Part shown: one piece after another, positions 18,064 to 26,158 of the stretch
Layout of the letters: each line of letters opens with the position of its first letter
Numbering within the stretch: position 1 is the first letter of the stretch
Virus record (IMG/VR): IMGVR_UViG_3300046652_000008
Coordinates: 1 to 64,000 of that record
Strand: one strand, 5' to 3'
Source: a virus
DNA length: 64,000 bases
The notes under the pieces: model-generated
Databases searched by the model: none
Seen by the model: the letters and a program-made list of their open reading frames with translations, nothing else
What the model was told of the DNA's origin: nothing
Program-made: the position numbers and the translations under genes

Positions 18064-18446
18064 TAACCTACAATTTCCGCGTCTATAATTGAATCATCGT
18101 TTTTCTTGGGCTTGCTGCGCACATTGTCCAGGTTTTTTACAATTGACGCGAAGGTTTCCCCGTTATTCTTACTAGCATTAAGGGTTTGGTTGTACGTGTT
18201 GGTTTGGATAGTTAACCCGCCGCCCGCCTTGATGAAGTTCAGAACCTCCAGCCCCATCTTCAATGCGTTCTTGTCTCCGTTTGAAATTTGTTCCTTCAGC
18301 TTCTTAAATGTGACTTCCATCAAGTCTGGAACCTCTTTAATAAACTGCTGCCGCTGATACGTCTCTAAGTTATCCTCAGTGATGTCAGCGGCTTGTATTT
18401 CCCTGGATTTATTTGTTTTGATTAGTTCTTTGCTCTCTTCGGACAA
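18063..18446 (-). CDS. Possible terminase small subunit
   Basis: Helical 127-aa protein translationally coupled directly upstream of terL; IIDAEIV tail. Confidence 0.45.
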   Translation of the reverse strand: MSEESKELIKTNKSREIQAADITEDNLETYQRQQFIKEVPDLMEVTFKKLKEQISNGDKNALKMGLEVLNFIKAGGGLTIQTNTYNQTLNASKNNGETFASIVKNLDNVRSKPKKNDDSIIDAEIVG

Positions 18447-18448
18447 GG

Positions 18449-18982
18449 CTACTCCTTACCAAACACCGAATCAGCTACGCTTCCGAATACTTCTGGATGC
18501 CAACACTTCGGCTGTTCATGCTGAGCAATCCCAAATTCTAGTGCGTCAATTGCTCGAAACACGCAATCAGCTACTACGATATTCTCCACAAACTTATACT
18601 TCCCAGTGGCTAATGCGGTCTGCATGTCACGAAACCAGCCATCGAATAACAGATCATACGTCTCCATCGTGCGACGTGGTAACGTGAACCCCGGATCAGT
18701 ATCAGAACTCGTGGCAGTGAATCCAGGGAAATACGAATATGCCACAACCCCATCGTCCACAAACAGACGAGCAGACCAGCATATCTCCTGCCCACCCTCT
18801 TGGTAATATCCAGGAACCGTCACATCTAGTCGTACAGGCTTCCCTAGTTGCTTCTCAAATGCTGCTATTCTGGCGTAGGCCCTATTCCACATTAGCCCCC
18901 AGATGCAGAGGTTAAAGAATCGAAGGATATAATAAATGATGAAATCCTCAAAATTGGCGCATAAATTATTCATCTGCCTCAC
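18449..18982 (-). CDS. Hypothetical protein
   Basis: ORF in operon; start uncertain. Confidence 0.6.
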   Translation of the reverse strand: MRQMNNLCANFEDFIIYYILRFFNLCIWGLMWNRAYARIAAFEKQLGKPVRLDVTVPGYYQEGGQEICWSARLFVDDGVVAYSYFPGFTATSSDTDPGFTLPRRTMETYDLLFDGWFRDMQTALATGKYKFVENIVVADCVFRAIDALEFGIAQHEQPKCWHPEVFGSVADSVFGKE

Positions 18983-19103
18983 CTATCCCTATATGCATTA
19001 AAGAACTTGGCATACCTCATGGCTTCCTGCTTCTACGACAGTTGCCCTTGCGTTCTTTCGTTCGCTATAGATTAGCACACTAGTCTAGCCAATACAACCC
19101 TAC

Positions 19104-19784
19104 TTAGACTGCATTCCCGCCACCCCACTGGTCTAGATTGTCTGGCACGCTCTGCGGAGGAGGCAATACCCGTACCGGAATCTCTTTATTGACCCGCTGC
19201 AACTGTTCGCGGATCAGCCGCGTAGACTCTTCTTTAATATCCTTGGCGGATAGATTCTCCTCGCTAAAGATGAATCTGTCCGGGAGTAGAACAACGTCTT
19301 CTCGGCCTGGATATTTCTTGACAATGCGTAGCGTCACCCCAGACTTACCCTTTCCATCCTTATTAAGATAGGTTTGAGAGTCAAGCAGCTTTCCAACGTA
19401 GCAGCAGACTTCGATAGCAGGCTTGGTTGGAAATACCTTTAGCTCCATAACGGTAGGAAACTCTTGCTGGAATTCCTCAAACATCTCATCAATGTCTCGC
19501 GGCTCGTCTAGGAACTGCTTAGGCGCTTCCGGCTCTTGCTTCTTCTTTGTTTTGCGAATCTCCACTACCTTGTCCATCACTGGTTCAATCTCGTCTCGAC
19601 TGATTGCCGCAGTAGGCTCACAAATCGAAATAGGCTCCAGTAGGCTAGGACCAGGGCCAAACAGATCCTCAAACAAGTCCAGGGCTCCGACGATCTTACC
19701 AGCTAGGATATCCATCCTATCTTTTGGCATACCGCCAAACCCGTTCTTGGTTAGAACCTTGATTACGAAAGTTTCTTTAGTCAT
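19104..19784 (-). CDS. Hypothetical protein
   Basis: 226-aa ORF overlapping the upstream stop. Confidence 0.7.
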   Translation of the reverse strand: MTKETFVIKVLTKNGFGGMPKDRMDILAGKIVGALDLFEDLFGPGPSLLEPISICEPTAAISRDEIEPVMDKVVEIRKTKKKQEPEAPKQFLDEPRDIDEMFEEFQQEFPTVMELKVFPTKPAIEVCCYVGKLLDSQTYLNKDGKGKSGVTLRIVKKYPGREDVVLLPDRFIFSEENLSAKDIKEESTRLIREQLQRVNKEIPVRVLPPPQSVPDNLDQWGGGNAV

Positions 19785-20124
19785 GTGATTCTAAAACATT
19801 ATTCGGTTCGTTTGGGTTACGGGGGAGAATAAACTTATCTCCACTCGTGAAAGCTACCGCATTCTCTGTCGGCCTATGTCTATCTAGCTCAGTGTTCCCA
19901 GAATGGACGCCTCTAAGATAGCTGTTGCCATTTGCTCGCGATATTAGCTCTTCCACTGGATTCCCCTGGGGCAGAACTTCAATATCAAACCTAGCATTAC
20001 GTGCATATAGGGCCAGTTGCCGTTCTGCCTCTTTGAGTTGAGCTGTTAGCGCGTTTATTCTGCGAAATACAGACAAGAAAAGCGCCACCAAACAAGCCAG
20101 AAGAACCAATAACGCAATAATCAT
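19777..20124 (-). CDS. Membrane-anchored hypothetical protein
   Basis: N-terminal hydrophobic helix. Confidence 0.65.
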   Translation of the reverse strand: MIIALLVLLACLVALFLSVFRRINALTAQLKEAERQLALYARNARFDIEVLPQGNPVEELISRANGNSYLRGVHSGNTELDRHRPTENAVAFTSGDKFILPRNPNEPNNVLESHD

Positions 20125-20660
20125 TACAGCGCCTCATTTCCAATATCTTCCATCCCAAACCCACTGCCCATGCTGCCGTAAACCATTCCGGCTGCAATCA
20201 CTTCGGCCTCATCAACAGACTTCCCGCCCTCCATAAGCTCTTTCACTATGCGCTTACGGAAGGCGTTAATGTCTTCGTCTAGCGAGGTGTCTGGTTCCTG
20301 CCGCGTCTCGTTCACGGTACGCTTCATAAGATTAACAGCTTCTTTAAGCTGTTCTTTTTTCACCATGCAGCGCTCTACGTTTACCGTAGCCTTGGTTAGT
20401 TCAGCCGTATTGCGCTGTAGGTCTGCCACTACCTCAACCAGTCTCATGGCCGCATCAGCGGTGCGGTTCATGCGAATATCCTTGGCTAAAGCATCTATGG
20501 CGTCAACCATGTCCGTCGCAGATGTACGAATGGTATTAGATGCCTTAGCTGTAGCCCTAGACGACCTAGCTAAAGACGATGCTACTGATCGCATCTGAAA
20601 CAGCACGACAACAACGCAGACAACCAGAAAACATGCAAGCAAGATAAACAATTCAGTCAT
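20124..20660 (-). CDS. Membrane-anchored coiled-coil protein
   Basis: N-terminal TM followed by heptad repeats. Confidence 0.7.
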   Translation of the reverse strand: MTELFILLACFLVVCVVVVLFQMRSVASSLARSSRATAKASNTIRTSATDMVDAIDALAKDIRMNRTADAAMRLVEVVADLQRNTAELTKATVNVERCMVKKEQLKEAVNLMKRTVNETRQEPDTSLDEDINAFRKRIVKELMEGGKSVDEAEVIAAGMVYGSMGSGFGMEDIGNEAL

Positions 20661-20678
20661 AAATTCCTATTCTTCTAA

Positions 20679-20824
20679 TCGGCGGCTCGGCCTAAATGTT
20701 GCCGTCTGGTTTTGCCGATCTCTTATCATCAGCATTCAATCCCAGTTTCGGGGCATAGGATCTTTTACGAACCGCCAAACCCATTGGGGAGTAGAGTCAA
20801 GGAGAAAAAACTCTCTACTCCCCA
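20679..20824 (-). ncRNA. Candidate intergenic structured RNA (long hairpin plus multi-branch junction)
   Basis: Perfect GGGGAGTAGAG/CTCTACTCCCC stem (20786-20823); closing helix UGGCGGUUCG/CGAGCCGCCG enclosing GAUCCU/GGGAUU and GCUGAU/AUCGGC hairpins. Confidence 0.45.
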
Positions 20825-20847
20825 CACTAACCCCGTGGTAAGTACTC

Positions 20848-21240
20848 TTAAAACGGGGCTTCCTCAACATATTCCGTACCAGCCTCAACCACACCTTGCT
20901 CTTGACGGTCTCCGCTATTCTTGAACTTTACGATTGTGATTGTATCCGCCACAACCTTAGTCTTCTCGGCGCTGGAGTCATCGCGCTTCTTATAGCGATC
21001 CGTCTTGAGACGGCCTTCAATAAATACGCAAGCGCCTTTCAGTAAGAATGGGGCCACACCTTCACTTCCCCATCGCTCTACGCTATGGAACTCGGTCTCT
21101 TCTTTCTTCTGCTTATGGGAATCGGTCCACTTGCGCGTAGTAGCAATGCTAAAACGCAGGACCATGTAGTTGCCAACCTGGACTACCTCCGCGTCTCGCG
21201 TTAAATTCCCCATCAAAAGCACCTTGTTAATGTTTGCCAT
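20848..21240 (-). CDS. ssb: Single-stranded DNA-binding protein
   Basis: INKVLLMGNLTRD, FSIAT, ETEFH, VFIEGRLKT; acidic C-terminus ending EEAPF. Confidence 0.95.
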   Translation of the reverse strand: MANINKVLLMGNLTRDAEVVQVGNYMVLRFSIATTRKWTDSHKQKKEETEFHSVERWGSEGVAPFLLKGACVFIEGRLKTDRYKKRDDSSAEKTKVVADTITIVKFKNSGDRQEQGVVEAGTEYVEEAPF

Positions 21241-21303
21241 GTTCGTTTCCTCTTTCGTCTAATTCTCAGTTTCAATCCACGCCCCCCGTTGGGCGACTAA
21301 CGC

Positions 21304-21507
21304 TTATCCCTCAAACTCGCCGAACGGATAACCGATCACACTCTTTAGTCTAGCAAAGTCTTCAGCGGCTATGGTCGCAGTTAGACCGTTTGTGCAAACC
21401 ACGCTAACAAGTTCCTTTTCTGTCTGAGCGCCTATTACCTCGTTAGCGTCAATAGTCACGCAAACCCCCGAAGTAGAATCCTTGCAGTTAAACCATTTCC
21501 GTTCCAT
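21304..21507 (-). CDS. Hypothetical protein
   Basis: ORF with AGGAG RBS. Confidence 0.6.
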   Translation of the reverse strand: MERKWFNCKDSTSGVCVTIDANEVIGAQTEKELVSVVCTNGLTATIAAEDFARLKSVIGYPFGEFEG

Positions 21508-21694
21508 TGTCTCTCCTTAATTCGTTCTTTCCAAACCACACCGGAAACTCAGGACTAGTCAGCAGCACCCCAAAAGATGGGAATGCTGAATCTTTCCTAT
21601 ATTCCATCACTACAACACCAGAACGCCCAGTGAATAACTTCAGCTCATCGTCATGGACGGTAACGAAGTCTCCGACCCTAATGTCTTCCGGCAC
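21488..21694 (-). CDS. KOW/SH3-like small protein
   Basis: IRVGDFVTV...FTGRSGVVV...VWFGKNEL. Confidence 0.55.
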   Translation of the reverse strand: MPEDIRVGDFVTVHDDELKLFTGRSGVVVMEYRKDSAFPSFGVLLTSPEFPVWFGKNELRRDNGTEMV

Positions 21695-21966
21695 TACTCG
21701 CCGTCTACGGGCTTACGCCAGATGTACGTCCAAACTTCAGTGATTCTTACCCCTACCATCATCCCACGTCGCTCTGCCGCTTGCTTGATGATGCCGTGCA
21801 GATTAGACCGCTTAGAGTCAATCGTATCAAAGCGCACCGCTTCATCTTCCGGTAGACCATCCAGGCGAGCAAGCGCATCGTAAACATCGGTTGCCCGATC
21901 AAACGCCCTCTTGCGTCCCGCGTACTGCCCCGGTATCGCCGAAACCTTCACCACTTCAACTGACAT
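21694..21966 (-). CDS. Hypothetical protein
   Basis: ORF with RBS downstream of an extended -10 motif. Confidence 0.65.
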   Translation of the reverse strand: MSVEVVKVSAIPGQYAGRKRAFDRATDVYDALARLDGLPEDEAVRFDTIDSKRSNLHGIIKQAAERRGMMVGVRITEVWTYIWRKPVDGE

Positions 21967-22003
21967 TCATTACCCTCTCACTATCTCATAGTAGCACATA
22001 TTA

Positions 22004-22291
22004 CTACTTTGTGCAAACATGCGGTACTACCATGAACTTGTCAACCAGCGGGCAACCGTTCAGCTTGAATATGCTATCTAGCACCGTGTATCTATCAATC
22101 TTACCCTTCAGGCTCTCAAAAGCCCCGACAGCGGAATACCATATCCTGCGCCCAGGCGTCTCATCCACAATGTAATACAGATCATCTTCGTCTTCTCCAA
22201 CGCCGACCAGACGCCCAAGCCCATGGTCGCATATGATCCCAATGTGGTTATGGAATGGTTCCATTTCTTCAGCCAGTTCGTTTAGTGTCAT
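22004..22291 (-). CDS. Hypothetical protein
   Basis: ORF in operon. Confidence 0.65.
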   Translation of the reverse strand: MTLNELAEEMEPFHNHIGIICDHGLGRLVGVGEDEDDLYYIVDETPGRRIWYSAVGAFESLKGKIDRYTVLDSIFKLNGCPLVDKFMVVPHVCTK

Positions 22292-22477
22292 TTAGTCATC
22301 CACCTTTGCTAACTCGCGGAGCCTGTAAATCTCGCGCAGCAAGTCTTCCATGTAGTTAGTGCATACAATTGATAAGCTATGCTTCTTATTGTAATCACCA
22401 ACTAATTTATCGTTAACCTCGTCTGCTAACGCATCAAAATATTCTTTCTCTATCCTCTTTAGCTTATTTCTTGTCAT
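22292..22477 (-). CDS. Hypothetical protein
   Basis: ORF abutting its neighbour. Confidence 0.55.
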   Translation of the reverse strand: MTRNKLKRIEKEYFDALADEVNDKLVGDYNKKHSLSIVCTNYMEDLLREIYRLRELAKVDD

Positions 22478-22611
22478 GGTTCTAATCCTTCGCCAACATG
22501 ATAAGAATAATAATGCAAAGCAGAAAGATTATCATCGCTTGCCTCCACTAAAAGTCACCAAAGCGGCCAGAAGCAATACCAGCGTGGCAATTCCAATTTC
22601 AATTCCCATAA

Positions 22612-23079
22612 CTACCTACCGGACGAACCAAATCCGCCATCGCCGCGTTCAGTCTTGTCTAACTCTTGGACAACGCTGAACTTAACTGGTGTATACTGTG
22701 AAAATACTAGCTGTGCAACCCTATCGCCAATCTGCACATCATATGGGTTCCGCCCAACGTTCACTAGGATAACTCCGACCTCTCCACGATAGCCAGGATC
22801 AATCGTTCCAGGGCTGTTAGCCACGATGATACCCTTCGTTGCCATACCGCTCCGCGTGCGTATCTGCGCTTCCACTGGAGCACTGAACGACAGCACTAGG
22901 CCCGTCTTGACCACCTGAACCTCTGACGGGTTAATGTGGACGTTCTCCACCGCGTACAGGTCACAACCTGCATCGTCCTCATGCGCGTACATCGGTAGTT
23001 TGGCTAACTTATGCACTAGCTTAACGCCTACCGTCTCGATTAATGCCGTTTCTTCGTTTTTCTTCATTACCATCCCCAT
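22612..23079 (-). CDS. dut: Trimeric dUTPase
   Basis: DAGCDLY, RSG, GTIDPGYRGEV, DRVAQL, RGDGGFGSSG. Confidence 0.97.
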   Translation of the reverse strand: MGMVMKKNEETALIETVGVKLVHKLAKLPMYAHEDDAGCDLYAVENVHINPSEVQVVKTGLVLSFSAPVEAQIRTRSGMATKGIIVANSPGTIDPGYRGEVGVILVNVGRNPYDVQIGDRVAQLVFSQYTPVKFSVVQELDKTERGDGGFGSSGR

Positions 23080-23396
23080 CCTTCTTCAATTACTTGAAGT
23101 TTATCCCATTGCAGTTCGGCCCAATCTTCGTTTAGCTGAGTCTGCCTATCCGTCCACTCCCTGTAGTCTTTCGGTAGCTCTGGTTTCGGCGGAATTATAA
23201 CCCCGTACATCTTGAATATGATCCCGTCTATGTCCAAGCCATCCTTTGCTAGCGTTCCAGCCATCCCGCCACGATCAATGTCCGTATCTTCGTAGGGCGC
23301 TGCTAGCGCATCCAGTAACTCTCGTGTCAACACTCCAGCATCGTAAACCGCAAGTACCGATGCTTCAAAACTACTGAACGCTGCATTGTTTCCCAT
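23067..23396 (-). CDS. Hypothetical protein
   Basis: 109-aa ORF with AAGGAG RBS. Confidence 0.7.
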   Translation of the reverse strand: MGNNAAFSSFEASVLAVYDAGVLTRELLDALAAPYEDTDIDRGGMAGTLAKDGLDIDGIIFKMYGVIIPPKPELPKDYREWTDRQTQLNEDWAELQWDKLQVIEEGWGW

Positions 23397-23409
23397 GGCT
23401 TTATCTCCT

Positions 23410-24010
23410 TACCTCTCTATCCTAGCACGCTCATGCTGGTCCGTGTTGAGTAATAGTTCAACGTGCTGTTACATTCTCCATGTGGCATTCCATTTGCTAT
23501 CCGTGCGTGCTGGAATGGCCGGGAGCAACCTAGCAAGCACTCTGTTAACTGGCTTCTAAGCACTCGGTCCCTCGAATGACATTTATCCATTAGACCCGTC
23601 GAAGCGAGTACAAATACCTCAAGGGTTAGCTTGCGCATAAATCATTATGCGGAGAGGGTTTGCCAATCCAGGTTTGTCTCACAGGCAGCAGACGAGGGTA
23701 TCCCGTCAGTCCTGAGCGATGCCCTGCTTTTATCATGCACAGAGGCAATCAAACAATAGAAGATTCATGCGCGAATCGCACTTTTCGAGTGTAGTTTTTG
23801 TGGCCGCACTCGACCTCGTTCTCTATTGCCCTGTATCCACCGGAGGTTTGGTGCTGCTCCTAGCTTTACCCAAACCACGACTCACCGTTTTGTCCTCAAC
23901 CGCGTGCGGATAAAGGACGTAAGTAGTTCCCTCTGCCCTATCAGGGCTGTCAATGGATACAGACTCTCAATGAATTCGGACATGCATTACCCTTCTCGTC
24001 TCAGCCTAAA
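23410..24010 (-). ncRNA. Candidate large (~600 nt) multi-domain structured ncRNA, family unassigned
   Basis: Gap in otherwise contiguous genes; nested long-range helices 23988-24000/23691-23700 and 23954-23962/23831-23839 plus many hairpins. Confidence 0.7.
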
Positions 24011-24021
24011 ATCGTGTAAGT

Positions 24022-24225
24022 TTAACGCTCTGCTACTTTATATTTCTCGCAATACTTGTCAATAAAAGAATTACGATCTGCTATGTTTTTGTCTACAGTT
24101 TTCTTGAACTGTTTGGACAAACACCTGCCCAACTTGTTTCTAGGATCAATCCCGGTACTTCTTTGCTTGAAGTACACGTCGCCAGTGCTATTCTGTAGGC
24201 CCAACCGTTTGTCTAGGGTGCTCAT
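24022..24225 (-). CDS. Hypothetical basic protein
   Basis: ORF with GGAG RBS. Confidence 0.5.
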   Translation of the reverse strand: MSTLDKRLGLQNSTGDVYFKQRSTGIDPRNKLGRCLSKQFKKTVDKNIADRNSFIDKYCEKYKVAER

Positions 24226-24430
24226 GGGATGCTCCTGCTAAAGTTTTGGGTTTGTTCCACGAGTAGGACTGGCACATAGGACATCGTTTCGGTTCAAGTC
24301 GTATGTCACGTCTAAACCAAGAGTATCCGCAGCGTAAACAAGTCCTAGCAAATAGATCAAATCCCTCTCTATTTTTAGTATCGCACGATGTCACGTCGTA
24401 GTCAATGGGTTTTGAAAGATTATTTTCCAT
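24188..24430 (-). CDS. Small zinc-ribbon protein
   Basis: CLRCGYSW...PKRCPMCQSYSWNKP. Confidence 0.65.
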   Translation of the reverse strand: MENNLSKPIDYDVTSCDTKNREGFDLFARTCLRCGYSWFRRDIRLEPKRCPMCQSYSWNKPKTLAGASHEHPRQTVGPTE

Positions 24431-24638
24431 ATGCCACCATCGTAATGGGAATATCATGCTGTCTTACTGTCGCAAGAAACTTAAAACGCATTTTTTCCAT
24501 CTTGCACGTGTACTCAGCGTTTTCCGGTTTGGCTGGACTCGCCGCTATCGCCTTATGCGGACGCATCTTGATCCTAAATCTTCCCGGAGAGGGATGTTGC
24601 GAACGAGTCATAAATCGTTTGTCTGGCCCGTGTGCCAT
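24420..24638 (-). CDS. Hypothetical protein
   Basis: ORF directly after the upstream stop. Confidence 0.45.
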   Translation of the reverse strand: MAHGPDKRFMTRSQHPSPGRFRIKMRPHKAIAASPAKPENAEYTCKMEKMRFKFLATVRQHDIPITMVAYGK

Positions 24639-24639
24639 G

Positions 24640-24915
24640 TTACCCTTTCAGCATCTCCACTATTTTTGCCTGTAGCGTCTTATCGAGTTGGACAGTACCC
24701 AAGAGGAACAAGAAACACTGTTCTCGCTCCTCTAACGGCAGCAGCTTCGCCGTATTCACTAGGAAATTGATAGACGACGCAAGCTTGCCGCGCATGTCAT
24801 CGCAGATAAGCTCTTGTGCTTTTAGCTCGTATTGATAATGCTTATATCTGTTATAGAAGAATCCGGCAGCCGCGATAGCCGCCCAAACCGCGATTCCTAG
24901 GATTGTTTCTAGCAT
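24640..24915 (-). CDS. Membrane-anchored hypothetical protein
   Basis: N-terminal TM; AAGGA RBS. Confidence 0.65.
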   Translation of the reverse strand: MLETILGIAVWAAIAAAGFFYNRYKHYQYELKAQELICDDMRGKLASSINFLVNTAKLLPLEEREQCFLFLLGTVQLDKTLQAKIVEMLKG

Positions 24916-24927
24916 CTATTCCTTTTA

Positions 24928-24948
24928 TGGCACCAAGGCTCCGATTCG
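24928..24948 (-). pseudogene. 3' fragment (nt 56-76) of the interrupted tRNA-Trp(CCA)
   Basis: CGAAT CGGAG CCTTGGT G CCA pairs with the T-stem CTCCG and acceptor ATCAGGG of the 5' fragment at 25741-25795. Confidence 0.85.
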
Positions 24949-24951
24949 CGC

Positions 24952-25026
24952 TGGCACCGGAGGAGGGAATCGAACCCCCGTTTGAGGTTTTGGAGACCAC
25001 CGTAATGACCACTATACTACTCCGAT
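24952..25026 (-). tRNA. trnW: tRNA-Trp(CCA), intact replacement copy
   Basis: Acceptor ATCGGAG/CTCCGGT, loop CT-CCA-AA, T-arm GGGGG-TTCGATT-CCCTC, G73 and encoded CCA. Confidence 0.92.
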
Positions 25027-25028
25027 GA

Positions 25029-25697
25029 TTATATGATAGCATTTTTCTTCGGCCCCGGTTGCCACCCTCCAAAGAGTCCATCATCATACGCTTTTTTCAC
25101 GTATGCGCTTATAAAATCCCAGGCCATAATTGGCATAGCGCCCCTTATATAATTGCACCTGCGACAGCATGGAACCACGTTGTCAATGGTATGCCCAAGT
25201 GAGTTATCTATTCTATCAAGCCCCATCATCAGGGGAGAGCTATCGCCACAGTACTTGCACCCATTGATTATCATGTCAATAACCGACTGCTCGCTAATAT
25301 GCGGATCGCCAAAACCATGCTTTATGTCCCACGATTTGCAGTTTGTGACTATCCAGTAAGCCCTATGCGCCGGATTGGTCCTAGATATAGAATTTAGCCT
25401 TCTTTTCCTGTCTAGAGCCTCTTCATATATTCCATTTCGCCTGCTCGTCTCTAGGTCTCTAATAGATTCGCATTTCTTGCACATCGAACAGAAGTATTTC
25501 TTACCACACCGAGACCTAGTTTTGTGAAATTGGTCTGCCGTTTTTTCCTCAAAGCAAACAGAGCATTTGCGTATCGCCCTATTTTCCTTGTAATCAACAA
25601 CGGACGATATGCACTTACCTTTGTTTCTGTAGTAGTATTCCCTACGGTATCTTCTGTCGCGGTCTAACTTTGATTCTTTTATCCCTGTATCTTCCAT
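25029..25697 (-). CDS. HNH / His-Me finger homing endonuclease with N-terminal zinc finger
   Basis: CSVC...CSMCKKC; CKYCG...GLDRIDNSLGHTIDNVVPCCRRCN. Confidence 0.88.
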   Translation of the reverse strand: MEDTGIKESKLDRDRRYRREYYYRNKGKCISSVVDYKENRAIRKCSVCFEEKTADQFHKTRSRCGKKYFCSMCKKCESIRDLETSRRNGIYEEALDRKRRLNSISRTNPAHRAYWIVTNCKSWDIKHGFGDPHISEQSVIDMIINGCKYCGDSSPLMMGLDRIDNSLGHTIDNVVPCCRRCNYIRGAMPIMAWDFISAYVKKAYDDGLFGGWQPGPKKNAII

Positions 25698-25705
25698 CTA
25701 CTTTT

Positions 25706-25734
25706 AGTATTTCACATCCAAAGCAGCAAGTCAA
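25706..25734 (-). promoter_or_regulatory. Sigma70-type promoter for the HNH gene (near-leaderless)
   Basis: TTGACT-17 bp-AATACT, 8 nt upstream of the ATG and 6 nt inside the insertion boundary. Confidence 0.55.
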
Positions 25735-25740
25735 TAAGAC

Positions 25741-25795
25741 AACGGAGGTTCGCGGGTTTGGAGTCCGCAGTCCTGAACCACTAGACGACCCTGAT
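25741..25795 (-). pseudogene. 5' fragment (nt 1-55) of the interrupted tRNA-Trp(CCA)
   Basis: ATCAGGG TC GTCT AGTGGTTCA GGAC T GCGGA CTCCAAA CCCGC GAAC CTCCG TT, then breaks off. Confidence 0.85.
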
Positions 25796-25816
25796 AACTT
25801 AATCATAACACGAAAC

Positions 25817-25894
25817 TGGAGGGCATAATTCGGGTCGAACGGATATTGACGGCTCCACAGGCCGCCGCATTTAACCAGTTATGCTATACGCCCT
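25817..25894 (-). tRNA. trnH: tRNA-His(GUG)
   Basis: Acceptor GGGCGTA/TATGCCC, anticodon arm GCGGC-CTGTGGA-GCCGT, TTCGA T-loop, encoded CCA; A(-1):U73. Confidence 0.85.
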
Positions 25895-25899
25895 AAGCA

Positions 25900-25988
25900 T
25901 GGTGCCAGCAGATGGAGTTGAGCCATCGGGGAGGCTTAGCCTCAACGGGTTTACAGCCCGCCCCCGCCCACTACGGGACTATACTGGC
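25900..25988 (-). tRNA. trnY: tRNA-Tyr(GUA), long variable arm
   Basis: Acceptor GCCAGTA/TGCTGGC, arm GCGGG-CTGTAAA-CCCGT, variable stem GAGGC/GCCTC, A73 and CCA; T-loop CTCAACT. Confidence 0.85.
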
Positions 25989-25990
25989 AA

Positions 25991-26150
25991 AAGAGAGGGA
26001 GGCCGCATGAGTCGAACATGCTGTTCCTAGAAAACTGCTCCGGCTGCACATCCCATAAAATCTCGCGCATGGACCTTTTAATACTCGCTGTTCCGTAGAT
26101 GCCTAGCGTCTCTCTACCCTTATTGGCGCGTCTATTCGGGCAAGTCCACT
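25991..26150 (-). ncRNA. Candidate structured RNA ending in a tRNA/tmRNA-like T-arm
   Basis: GCATG-TTCGACT-CATGC-GGCCTCC near the 3' end; helices UGGACUU/AGGUCCA, AGAGAG/CUCUCU, GCAUC/GAUGU. Confidence 0.5.
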
Positions 26151-26158
26151 AACTAAGT

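Larger units (their letters stand above)
24949..25740 (-). mobile_element. 792-bp HNH endonuclease + tRNA-Trp cassette inserted in the T-loop of a tRNA-Trp gene
   Basis: Removing it restores a canonical 76-nt tRNA; contains a promoter, HNH ORF and complete tRNA-Trp. Confidence 0.8.

Noticed and set aside
23417-24065. ORFs 23417-23638 (-), 23719-23913 (+), 23826-24065 (+)
   Set aside because: No RBS or protein-like features; the region is better explained by RNA structure
24949-25740. Group I intron in the tRNA-Trp T-loop
   Set aside because: The insert is fully occupied by promoter, ORF and tRNA; no room or P7-type motifs for a catalytic core
25991-26150. tmRNA gene
   Set aside because: No matching GGGG 5' acceptor strand, no ACCA end, no tag frame, too short
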